A DNA stretch of 60,266 bases from contig JABHHN010000047.1 of assembly GCA_018671515.1 (NCBI GenBank), forward strand, positions 1 to 60,266. The letters are read 5' to 3'. The position numbers and the translations under genes are program-made. Shown piece after piece: positions 29,037 through 38,402 of this stretch. The DNA comes from an archaeon (lineage in GTDB: Archaea; Nanobdellota; Nanobdellia; Woesearchaeales; GW2011-AR15). The notes below the pieces were generated by a model. That model saw only the letters and a list, made by a program, of their open reading frames with translations, searched no databases and was not told the DNA's origin. Position 1 is the stretch's first letter. Every line of letters begins with the position of its first letter.

Positions 29037-29535
29037 TCCTAAGCTAATAATATTATTTGTTCTATTGTTATTATTAATGATTTTATTAAGAGGAGCAATA
29101 ATAATTCCTATCCTTATTATTATAAGTTTTTCTCTTAGTTTTTTAATAAATAATTTTCCTATAAGAAATGTAGGAATAGAACTTGCAACTTTCATTGGAA
29201 TAATAATTGGAAGAATTTACGGGCCGTTATGGGGGTTTATTTCATGTGGTTCATTAATTCTTATCCACATATTGGCAGGGGGTTTTTTTGGAATCTATGC
29301 ATTATGGGTTATTCCCACTTATGCAATTGCAGGAGCATTGAGTGGATTTATCAAAGGAGATATTGTTTCAATTGGAATAGGTCTTTCAGTTTTCATAAAT
29401 GTAGTAGAAGGAATATTTACATCGATTTTTTCACCTGCATTTCTTGTAAAACATATCCCATATGCAATAACTAATGTGATATTTAATGTAATATTATTTA
29501 CTTTGTTTGGAAATGTTGTGTTGTTCTTTATTTAA
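29023..29535 (+). CDS. Membrane protein resembling an ECF-transporter S-component
   Basis: Six hydrophobic segments; IELATFIGIIIGRIYGPLWG resembles the a..l.g...GP..G S-component signature; overlaps ribK. Confidence 0.5.
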   Translation: MKKINPKLIILFVLLLLLMILLRGAIIIPILIIISFSLSFLINNFPIRNVGIELATFIGIIIGRIYGPLWGFISCGSLILIHILAGGFFGIYALWVIPTYAIAGALSGFIKGDIVSIGIGLSVFINVVEGIFTSIFSPAFLVKHIPYAITNVIFNVILFTLFGNVVLFFI

Positions 29536-29550
29536 AAAAAAGTAAAAAAA

Positions 29551-30900
29551 TTAGTTACCATAATTTCCATGGAAAACTTTTATCTTCTCCACAACTTCCC
29601 TTAACTTTTCTTCAGGTGGAAGTATAGTCGTTCTAAAATGATGTGTTCCTTCTTTTTGACCAAAACCACTACCTGGAACAATGCAAATTCCAGTTTCAAC
29701 AAGTAATTTCATACAATAATCAAAATCATTTTTTCCTTGAGGTATTGTAATATTTGGAAATGCATACATTGCTCCAATTATAGGGTTACAAGTTATTCCC
29801 TCAATACTATTTAGCCCATTTGAAAGTATTTTTGCCTTTTTTTTTAAAGAAGATAATATTCCATCTCTTTCTTCTATAAATAATGGAAATGATTCATCTC
29901 CTTCTTTTGGTGGATTGACTAAAAGATATATTACAATTTGTCCTGGATGATTTGAACACAATCCAACAGCCTGCATTTTCAGAAGTTGGTTTATTACATC
30001 ATCAGGTATATTTCTGTATTCAACATAACCACTACGATGTCCACATTCACCTAAATATCCTTTTGAAACACTATGGTATGAAAAAAGTGTTACATCATTT
30101 ATTTCTAAATTATTCAAAACTTTTGCAAAAGAAACAAAATCTTGTTTAATGTATATATTATCCTGGTATACTTCATCAGCCATAATAGCAATGTTTTTTT
30201 CTTTAGCAAATTCAATTATCATCTTGATATTATCATAATCTAAAACTCCACCTGTTGGATTACTTGGATTAATTACTACAATTGCTTTTATATCAATTCC
30301 ATCTGCTACTGCTTTTTTATATGATTTTTCCATATATTCATGAGATAATCCCCAATTATTTCCTTCATCTAATTCATAGAATATTTTTGATCCGCCTAAA
30401 AGTTCAATTGTTGCAGAATATAATGGATATTGAGGTAATGGCAACATGATTCCATCTGTCTCTTTTGATATTAATGCAGTCAATACATTCTGAATTCCTT
30501 TTGATGCTCCATCTGTGAGATGTATCATATTTGGATCTGACTTTATACCATCTCTTTTTTCAATAAATTTTGCAATAGCTTTTCTTACAAATAATAATCC
30601 TGCACTCTGTGTATATGTACCAAGACCATTAGGATCTTCATCTATAATTTTTTTTGCAGTGTTAATTATATCTTGTGGATAACCAATATCTTTAGATATT
30701 AAATCAGGATTTTCTAAAAGCGATAAAACTTGTCTGACAAAAGTCAATGGTTTTTGACCAAGAGATTGTGGATTACCATTATTACAATAAATTATTTCCT
30801 TTCCATTCGCTTCAAGTTCCACTGCCTTTTGAACTATAGGTCCACGAACTGCATAATGTGTATTTATTAGTTTTTTATTTATGTCTTTTATTGTTATCAT
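29551..30900 (-). CDS. Alanine aminotransferase (GPT-like, fold-type I PLP enzyme)
   Basis: HYAVRGP, GNPQSLGQ.P.TF.RQV, TDGAS, PQYPLYSA, INPSNPTG, ADEVYQ, HSVSKGYLGECG.R.GY, VPGSGFGQKEGTHHFRTTILP. Confidence 0.9.
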   Translation of the reverse strand: MITIKDINKKLINTHYAVRGPIVQKAVELEANGKEIIYCNNGNPQSLGQKPLTFVRQVLSLLENPDLISKDIGYPQDIINTAKKIIDEDPNGLGTYTQSAGLLFVRKAIAKFIEKRDGIKSDPNMIHLTDGASKGIQNVLTALISKETDGIMLPLPQYPLYSATIELLGGSKIFYELDEGNNWGLSHEYMEKSYKKAVADGIDIKAIVVINPSNPTGGVLDYDNIKMIIEFAKEKNIAIMADEVYQDNIYIKQDFVSFAKVLNNLEINDVTLFSYHSVSKGYLGECGHRSGYVEYRNIPDDVINQLLKMQAVGLCSNHPGQIVIYLLVNPPKEGDESFPLFIEERDGILSSLKKKAKILSNGLNSIEGITCNPIIGAMYAFPNITIPQGKNDFDYCMKLLVETGICIVPGSGFGQKEGTHHFRTTILPPEEKLREVVEKIKVFHGNYGN

Positions 30901-30972
30901 TTTCCCACCCATTAAAAATGTTAATTCAAATAGATAATAATAATAATAATAATAAATAGTTTATGAAAAAAC

Positions 30973-32724
30973 TCAACTATAATAAAAATTTCCAGAATTT
31001 TTTTGTTCTCTATCTTTTACAGATTCTAATTTATTTATTCTCGGTCTGTGAGTCATTTCATCTCGCCTCAATGTGATTTGAAGCATTCGCAGAAGATCAT
31101 TCATTCCTTTTTCCATTTCAAATGGTCCATTTACAACACCCTGAATTGATGGTTCTCCTGAAAAAACTAAAAGCTTATCTGAAAGATAGTCTAAAAATAA
31201 TAAATCATGATCAACTACTAAAACTGAAATTCCTCTTTGTTCGATTATATCTGAAATTACTTTTGATACAATCAATCTCTGTTCTACATCTAGATATGCT
31301 GAAGGTTCATCTAATAAAACAATGTCTGCCTTTTGTGAAAGTGCAAGACAAATTGCAACTCTTTGTAACTCTCCACCTGATAACTCATTTATTTTTTTTA
31401 ATAAAAGTGGTTTTATATTAAGAGGTCTAATCAATTGTATATCGTAATCTTGTAAAGCATCTTGAAGCAAGACCATGACTAGCTCTTCATTTTCATTATC
31501 TAGATATTGTGGTTTATATGCAACTTTAATCTTCAGGTCAATTTTTTTATCATCTGGTTCAACTACACCTGCAAGTATTTTTGTAAATGTTGTCTTTCCA
31601 ATTCCATTTTCACCAAGGATTCCAATCTTATCTTTAGAAAATATTTCTCCGTTATTTGCTATCAATGAAAAATTACCTAATTTTTTTGAAAACTCTGGCC
31701 ACTGCGTAAGTACATTACTATTATCTGATTTTGTAGGTGGTCTAACATCAAATTTAATTTTATTATTTCTAAATCTTACATTTTCTTCTTTTAGATACCC
31801 TTCCAAAAATGTATTTATTCCATTCTTTACAGGTTTTATTGAAGACACTACACCAAATACACCTTCTTTACCATACATAATATGTATCTGATCTGCCATA
31901 TAATCAAGTGCAATCAAATCGTGCTCTATAACTATTACAGATGTATTTTCATCTGCTAAATTTCTTATAAATTGAGATATTTTTAGTCTTTGCTTTATAT
32001 CAAGATATGAAGTTATTTCATCAAATATGTACAGATTTGCATCTTTTAGAACTGTTGCACAAACTGCAACTCTTTGTAACTCCCCACCTGAAATATCTTT
32101 TACATTTCTATCCAATATTTTTTCTAATTCAAATGTAACTGCATATTCTTCAAGCATATTTTTCTCATCAACTTTAATTAATAATTCTCTTACTTTCCCA
32201 TCAAATTGTCTTGGAATCATATCAACATGCTGTGGTTTATATGCTGTTTTTATTTCTCCTTTTCTTACTTTTTCAAAAAAAAATTGTGCTTCTGTACCTC
32301 TAAAATAATCTATGATATCTTGGTGTGTTGCATCTTCACCAATAATTCCTAAATTTGGTTTTAATATTCCTGCCAAAACTTTTATTGCTGTAGATTTACC
32401 AATTCCATTTACTCCTAAAAGTCCAACAACTTTACCAAATACAGGTGTTGGAAGATTGTATAATGCAAATGCATTTTGGCCATATCTATGGATTGGTTCT
32501 TTATTAAGTGCTTCTGGTAAATTGATTATTTTAATTGCTTCAGGTGCTGTATTTGAACAAATCCCACAACCAATGCATGAAGTCTCATCAATATACAAAC
32601 TTGAACCTTCTAAATACATACATTCTGTCCCTGCTCGATTTATTGGACAAAGTGATTGGATATGTTTTTTCTTTTCCATATCCTTGAGCTTCTCATTGTT
32701 TACTACAGCGATACGTTTAACCAT
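30973..32724 (-). CDS. rli: Ribosome recycling ATPase ABCE1/RLI
   Basis: CIGCGIC, HRYGQNAFALY, two Walker A/signature sets (GIGKST/SGGELQR twice), RDEMTHRPRINK. Confidence 0.95.
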   Translation of the reverse strand: MVKRIAVVNNEKLKDMEKKKHIQSLCPINRAGTECMYLEGSSLYIDETSCIGCGICSNTAPEAIKIINLPEALNKEPIHRYGQNAFALYNLPTPVFGKVVGLLGVNGIGKSTAIKVLAGILKPNLGIIGEDATHQDIIDYFRGTEAQFFFEKVRKGEIKTAYKPQHVDMIPRQFDGKVRELLIKVDEKNMLEEYAVTFELEKILDRNVKDISGGELQRVAVCATVLKDANLYIFDEITSYLDIKQRLKISQFIRNLADENTSVIVIEHDLIALDYMADQIHIMYGKEGVFGVVSSIKPVKNGINTFLEGYLKEENVRFRNNKIKFDVRPPTKSDNSNVLTQWPEFSKKLGNFSLIANNGEIFSKDKIGILGENGIGKTTFTKILAGVVEPDDKKIDLKIKVAYKPQYLDNENEELVMVLLQDALQDYDIQLIRPLNIKPLLLKKINELSGGELQRVAICLALSQKADIVLLDEPSAYLDVEQRLIVSKVISDIIEQRGISVLVVDHDLLFLDYLSDKLLVFSGEPSIQGVVNGPFEMEKGMNDLLRMLQITLRRDEMTHRPRINKLESVKDREQKNSGNFYYS

Positions 32725-32785
32725 GGTCTAAAGAAAAAATGAATATAATATAAATGTTTAGGGATTTAATAGAAATAAAAATTTA

Positions 32786-33973
32786 TTATATTATTGAATC
32801 TGGATACATAATAAAATTAGAAATCATTTCTCCAATATCTTTCACTGTATCTCTTGTTTTTGCATATTTTACTTCACCTTCTTCATGACAATCCATCGCC
32901 ATTACTGAATATACAAATTTACCCTTATTTGTATAAATATATCCCATATCATCATAAATAAAATGATTCCAATCTGAAGGAGAAATAATATTCTTTAAAT
33001 TATTATAAATACCATATAAAAAATTGTGATTTTCACTAGCAACAAAATAACCATATTTACTGAAATACTGTGGTTCTAATAACTCATCAAAAGTCCCGAC
33101 AAACCCATATTCATCTGTCTGTCCCTCCCTATTCATAAATCCCATAATCTTTGTTTTTACTTCTTTGCTTAGTAAAGTTGGAATATCAGATTCTGTCAAC
33201 ACAAGCAAATCATCATACAATCTTGTCAAAAATACACCCATATCTTTTGCAGTGGATATCTGATTACAATCTATGCAAAAATCACAATTTCCTCCTGATT
33301 CAATCCTTGGAGGTTCATATCCTTCATCAGAAGGCAAACCTTTGTCATCAATATAGAAATTCCACAAATTAATTTCCGAATTTTTCATTCCATTTACACG
33401 CATAAATTCATTAAATTTCATCAATACTAAATCACCATAATATTTTTCACCAAGAAATTTAAATATCCTTGTGGCAGCAAAATTATCACTATCTACTATC
33501 ATATTCCTATTTTGTTCTTCATAATATTCCCAGTCATGATCCCCTTCCAAATTAATAGGTTCTATAGTCCCAACTGTCATATAATAAAATGCTGAAAGTA
33601 TTGGTTTATAAGTACTCATTGGATGAAGTTTCCAATCAGGATACACATTTAAATTCAAGGAATTTTGATCATCAAGTGATGTGAAATAAATTGAAATAAG
33701 ACATTCATTAGAAGATATCGCTTCTGAAATTTCAGATCTAAGGCTTGACAATTCATCGGATGAAAACCACTGAACATTAGAAGTAGACGATGCCAAAACA
33801 GGAACTGCCTCTAGAGATATATCATTGATTGTACTTTCAGACAAACTATAATCTGCAGTACATACTTCATTAGAATCAATTTCCGAATGAACTACATTTG
33901 AAGTTCCATCACCTTCACTACAAGAAGTTATCAAAATCAAAAGTACAATAACAATCACTATATTACTACGCAT
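32786..33973 (-). CDS. Lipoprotein with class A beta-lactamase-like (penicillin-recognising serine hydrolase) domain
   Basis: LITS-C lipobox; S120-T-Y-K, S162-D-N, K306-Y-G; STAKDMG..L..LY segment typical of this fold. Confidence 0.75.
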   Translation of the reverse strand: MRSNIVIVIVLLILITSCSEGDGTSNVVHSEIDSNEVCTADYSLSESTINDISLEAVPVLASSTSNVQWFSSDELSSLRSEISEAISSNECLISIYFTSLDDQNSLNLNVYPDWKLHPMSTYKPILSAFYYMTVGTIEPINLEGDHDWEYYEEQNRNMIVDSDNFAATRIFKFLGEKYYGDLVLMKFNEFMRVNGMKNSEINLWNFYIDDKGLPSDEGYEPPRIESGGNCDFCIDCNQISTAKDMGVFLTRLYDDLLVLTESDIPTLLSKEVKTKIMGFMNREGQTDEYGFVGTFDELLEPQYFSKYGYFVASENHNFLYGIYNNLKNIISPSDWNHFIYDDMGYIYTNKGKFVYSVMAMDCHEEGEVKYAKTRDTVKDIGEMISNFIMYPDSII

Positions 33974-34102
33974 CGCTGATGTTATAATTATTTTTTTATT
34001 TTATAAATGTATGCAATATTTGTATGTTTAACTTTACTTATTTTTAAAAATTTAAAAAAATAAAATAGAATCTTTAAATATAAACTCACCTTCACTCACT
34101 CT

Positions 34103-36445
34103 ATGAATGGTTTTATTGTATATCCTACATTTCGAGTAATAGATGGCAAAGCATATGTAAAGCTTTATGGTAAACTAGAAAATGGTGAATCATTTTTGAC
34201 AATAAATGAATTTAAACCATATTTTTTCATAAAAAAAACTGACGTTGAAAAAACAAAAAATGTTGGTGTGATTCAATCTGAAAGATTTGGAAATATTACT
34301 TATGAAATAGAAGATTCTAATTTCAAAAATTTTAATGATGATATTTTATCTAAAGTCATTACTTCCATCCCTGGAACTGTTGCTGAAATAAGAAATGAAT
34401 TTCAAAAATCTGAAATAACAACTTATGAAGCAGATATAAGATTTGTTTATAGATTCCTAATTGACAATGATATCCGTGGTTCAATGAAAATTGATGGAGA
34501 TTATGAAAAAGGTGAATATGTAGATAGAGTATACACTGAACCAAAATTATCATCATCTGAATTTTTTCCAAAATTAAAGACACTTGCATTTGATATTGAA
34601 ACCAATATGAAAGCAGAGGAAATATTTTCTATTTCTATGTATACAGATGATTATGAAGATGTGCTTATTGTAAGTGATAAAAAACTAAAAAACGCAACAT
34701 CATTTCCTGATGAAAAATCAATGCTTATTGCGTTCAAAAAAAAAATACATGAAATTGATCCAGATATAATCACAGGTTGGAATGTTATTGACTTTGATTT
34801 TAATGTAATAGAAAAAGCTTTTAGAAAACATAAAATTGATTTTGTAATTGGACGTGATCAAGACAAAGGGCGAATAAGATTAAATAGTTCATTTTTCAAA
34901 GATTCAACCGCAAATATTGTTGGTCGACAAATACTTGATGGAATTACACTTCTAAAGATTTCATTCATCTCTTTTGAAGATTATAAATTAAATACTGCTG
35001 CTCATCACATCTTAGGAGATGAAAAAGATGATATTTTTGGAACTAATGATAAAGGAGCAGAAATTGAAAGAATCTTCAAGGAAGAACCACAAAAATTAGC
35101 AGATTATAATCTTAAAGATTCTAAATTAGTTTATGATATATTAGAAAAGAAAAAATTAATTCAATTAACAATTCAAAGATCACTTCTGACAGGAATGCAA
35201 CTTGATAGAGTAAAAGGATCTATTGCGTCCCTTGATAATCTATATATTAGAGAAACAAAAAAATTAGGATATGTATGTAACAACTCTTCATTTAGTGATA
35301 GAGAAGAAAGGATAAAAGGTGGATTTGTACAAGATTCAATCCCTGGAATTTATGATTACATAAATGTTCTTGATTTCAAAAGTCTATACCCTTCAATAAT
35401 TCGAACATTTAATATTGATCCAATTTCATTTGCTAAGGCAAAAGGAAAAGATGTTATTATTGCACCAAATGACGCAAAGTTTTCTAAGGTTGAAGGAATC
35501 CTTCCAGGAATCATCCAAGAATTATGGAAACAGAGAGATGATGCAAAAAAAAGAGAAAATATGGAAGAAAGTTTTGCTGTAAAAATTACAATGAACTCCT
35601 TTTTTGGAGTCATGGCAAACCCAATGTGCAGATTCTATTCATTAGATATGGCAAATGCAATAACATCTTTTGCAAGATATATAATACAAGAAACTGCTAG
35701 ATTAATCGAAAAAAAAGGATTCAAAGTTATATATTGTGATACTGATTCAACATTTGTAGTAAGCAATGCTAAAGATTCCAAAGAAGCAAAGAAAAATGGA
35801 GAAATGATTTCAATATATGTTAATAAACATTGGGCAAAATATGCAAAAGAAAAATCAGATAGGAAAAGTTACCTTGAATTACAATTTGAAAAAACATTTG
35901 TCCGATTTTTAATGCCTTATGGGCGTGGCTCTACATCTGGAGCAAAAAAAAGATATGCAGGAACCATAATAAAAGATGGAAAAGAAGAAATAAAATTCAA
36001 AGGTCTTGAATTTGTAAGAAGAGATTGGACAGCTGTGTCAAAAAAATTTCAACTTGAACTCCTTGATCGAATATTCCATAAAAAAGAAGTAGTTGGATAT
36101 GTTAAAAAATTCGTAGATGAAATAAAAAATAGCAAATATGATGATTTACTTGTTTATAGAAAAGCTCTTAGAAAAAATTTAAAAGAATATACAAAAACAA
36201 CGCCACCACATGTAAAAGCTGCAAGAAAATTGAAAGAAGGTGAATTGAAATCAAATATAATTGCTTATTTAATGACAACAGAAGGACCAGAAGCTCTACA
36301 AAAATTAGAACATAATATTGATTATGACCATTATATACAAAAACAAATAAAACCAATTGCTGATTCTGTACTTGTATTTTTTGATACTAACTTTGATGAT
36401 CTTATGGAAGGAAGTAAACAAAAAAGTTTATTTAGTTTCGGATGA
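34103..36445 (+). CDS. polB: Family B DNA polymerase of the bacterial Pol II type
   Basis: Exo FDIET, GWNVIDFD, YNLKDS; pol DFKSLYPSIIRTFNIDP, KITMNSFFG, YCDTDS, KKRYAG, KGLEFVRRDW; C-terminal QKSLFSF. Confidence 0.92.
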   Translation: MNGFIVYPTFRVIDGKAYVKLYGKLENGESFLTINEFKPYFFIKKTDVEKTKNVGVIQSERFGNITYEIEDSNFKNFNDDILSKVITSIPGTVAEIRNEFQKSEITTYEADIRFVYRFLIDNDIRGSMKIDGDYEKGEYVDRVYTEPKLSSSEFFPKLKTLAFDIETNMKAEEIFSISMYTDDYEDVLIVSDKKLKNATSFPDEKSMLIAFKKKIHEIDPDIITGWNVIDFDFNVIEKAFRKHKIDFVIGRDQDKGRIRLNSSFFKDSTANIVGRQILDGITLLKISFISFEDYKLNTAAHHILGDEKDDIFGTNDKGAEIERIFKEEPQKLADYNLKDSKLVYDILEKKKLIQLTIQRSLLTGMQLDRVKGSIASLDNLYIRETKKLGYVCNNSSFSDREERIKGGFVQDSIPGIYDYINVLDFKSLYPSIIRTFNIDPISFAKAKGKDVIIAPNDAKFSKVEGILPGIIQELWKQRDDAKKRENMEESFAVKITMNSFFGVMANPMCRFYSLDMANAITSFARYIIQETARLIEKKGFKVIYCDTDSTFVVSNAKDSKEAKKNGEMISIYVNKHWAKYAKEKSDRKSYLELQFEKTFVRFLMPYGRGSTSGAKKRYAGTIIKDGKEEIKFKGLEFVRRDWTAVSKKFQLELLDRIFHKKEVVGYVKKFVDEIKNSKYDDLLVYRKALRKNLKEYTKTTPPHVKAARKLKEGELKSNIIAYLMTTEGPEALQKLEHNIDYDHYIQKQIKPIADSVLVFFDTNFDDLMEGSKQKSLFSFG

Positions 36446-36452
36446 ATTTAAT

Positions 36453-36701
36453 ATGGAAAAAAAAACTAATGCATTTGATGAAAGTTTTGGATGGTATGGG
36501 ACTATTGCAGTTATGTCTGCATATTTCCTTGTTAGTTTTTATCCTTCATTTGCAAAGAATTTCTGGTTTCAATTATTGAATTTAACAGGTGCATTAGGTA
36601 TTATGTGGATATCTAATAAAAAAAAAGTGTATCAATCTGTTGTGCTTAATGTAATATGGGCAATGATTGCGTTAGTTTCTATTGCTAAAATGTTTTTATA
36701 A
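36453..36701 (+). CDS. Small 3-TM membrane protein (CBU_0592-like)
   Basis: GWYG...AYFL, FQLLNL.GA, YQS..LN..W pattern; ATG at 36453. Confidence 0.65.
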   Translation: MEKKTNAFDESFGWYGTIAVMSAYFLVSFYPSFAKNFWFQLLNLTGALGIMWISNKKKVYQSVVLNVIWAMIALVSIAKMFL

Positions 36702-36770
36702 AAATATAAAATTAATTTCAAAAAGTAAATTTCTTAAAACAAAGTAAAAAATACCTGAATGTTAAATACA

Positions 36771-37208
36771 CTAATATTGACCATGTACAAAACCTCTTGA
36801 TTGTCTTCCAAATAAATTATAATTACTACATGGAACAATTAAATCAGTCTCTAAAATTAAATCATATTCTCTATCTTCTAAATTATATTTCAAGAGTGTT
36901 TCCTCTGAATCTATTTTTTTATTATCTACAAATATTATTAAAGATGAATTATTTAATTCACCAACATTCATTTTAATTCTTATGTTTTGATTGTTCTTAT
37001 TGAAATCATTAATTTGTTTTTCTAATCTTCTCAAATAAATAATATAACTACTATCTTGATATGTGTCTCGTAATATATCTAATTTCTTCAAATTTCTTTT
37101 CAATTCTTCAATATATTTAATGAGATTTTCTTTCTTAACCATAGTTATTCCTTTTATAATTAGTATGACACCACATAATATAAAATATCTCATGAAATTT
37201 TTTATCAA
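36771..37208 (-). CDS. Hypothetical protein
   Basis: 145-aa ORF with coiled-coil-like middle; start uncertain. Confidence 0.5.
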   Translation of the reverse strand: MIKNFMRYFILCGVILIIKGITMVKKENLIKYIEELKRNLKKLDILRDTYQDSSYIIYLRRLEKQINDFNKNNQNIRIKMNVGELNNSSLIIFVDNKKIDSEETLLKYNLEDREYDLILETDLIVPCSNYNLFGRQSRGFVHGQY

Positions 37209-37298
37209 TTAAGATAATTTAAACCTAAAATTTATTATTTATTGTAAAAAATAAAAAATAAAAAAACTATACGCGAAAAATGAGAAATAATAATTAAC

Positions 37299-38396
37299 TT
37301 AAATCATTTCATTCTCAACTTTTATTTCTCCATGCATGTTTTCAAGCATCTTCAATTTTATATTGTCATAACTCAAATTCTGAGCAAGAAGATTTCCAAG
37401 CTTTGTTACCATAGACTCCATACTCATATCATGTGCTGGAATCGCTAAATCATGCTGAGCTAGATATTGACCAGTCTCATTTACTTGAAAACTTGATACT
37501 CCACTTGGAGCCTGAGTTGTTACAATAATTGGTATTTTCTTCTTTTTTAAATACTTAAATGCAGGGAAAAGGTGAGAACTTGGATCCCCAGCACCAAAAG
37601 CTCTGAATATGAATGCTTTTATTCCAACATTCTCAACTAAATTTTGAAATATATCTGCTGACATACCTGGAAATTCAGTTATATTAGCTATGCTTTTTGT
37701 ATCAAAATCCTTTTTAACACTAAGTACTCTTGATTGTATAGCTAGAGGTCTGACTTTAGATAAATATTTTACATGTTCATGCATTGCATTCTCATCTATT
37801 CTAAGAAACCTTCCAATTTGTCCCAAAGCACCAGTCTGGAAACTTCTAAATGGATCATAATCAAAATCAGTACCTTTCTTCACCCTTGTACCTGAAATTA
37901 TTTTACTACCAAATACCGCCATAACCCCTTTTACTTCATGATAACCCCAGACAGCAAGTCTAAGTGCATTCACAAGGTTTGTAGTAGCATCTGTTCCCAA
38001 ATACCCCAAAGGTACTTGTGCTCCAGTTAATATAACTGGTTTATTGATATTCTCAAATGCAAAAGACAAAGCCGCAGCAGTATATCCCATAGTATTTGTT
38101 CCATGTAAGATAATGAATGAATCAAATTCATCATATCTTTTTGCTATTGTCTCCACTAATGTTGTCCAATTTTCAGGCTGCATATTTGAACTATCTATAT
38201 TAAAAAGATCAAGTGTCTTTGCATTTATCTCTGTATTCCAATTAAGCTTCACTATATCAATTGATGCATTCAATATCGATAAAAAACTATTCGGATCTGA
38301 TTTTACATGCTGAGATACTTTACTTTTTGCAACATTACCAGCAACAGTTCCACCTGTAAAAATTACTAATATTCTTTTAGTTGTATACGATGTCAT
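37299..38396 (-). CDS. ansA: Type I L-asparaginase/glutaminase family protein
   Basis: TGGTVAG, DSSNM, HGTNTMGY (canonical HGTDT), PVILTGAQ.P, G.R..K, AFGAGD; no GatD N-terminal domain. Confidence 0.85.
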   Translation of the reverse strand: MTSYTTKRILVIFTGGTVAGNVAKSKVSQHVKSDPNSFLSILNASIDIVKLNWNTEINAKTLDLFNIDSSNMQPENWTTLVETIAKRYDEFDSFIILHGTNTMGYTAAALSFAFENINKPVILTGAQVPLGYLGTDATTNLVNALRLAVWGYHEVKGVMAVFGSKIISGTRVKKGTDFDYDPFRSFQTGALGQIGRFLRIDENAMHEHVKYLSKVRPLAIQSRVLSVKKDFDTKSIANITEFPGMSADIFQNLVENVGIKAFIFRAFGAGDPSSHLFPAFKYLKKKKIPIIVTTQAPSGVSSFQVNETGQYLAQHDLAIPAHDMSMESMVTKLGNLLAQNLSYDNIKLKMLENMHGEIKVENEMI

Positions 38397-38402
38397 TTTT
38401 TT

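Noticed and set aside
37299-38396. GatD (Glu-tRNA amidotransferase subunit D)
   Set aside because: The protein starts directly at the TGGT motif and lacks the GatD N-terminal domain; no gatE adjacent.
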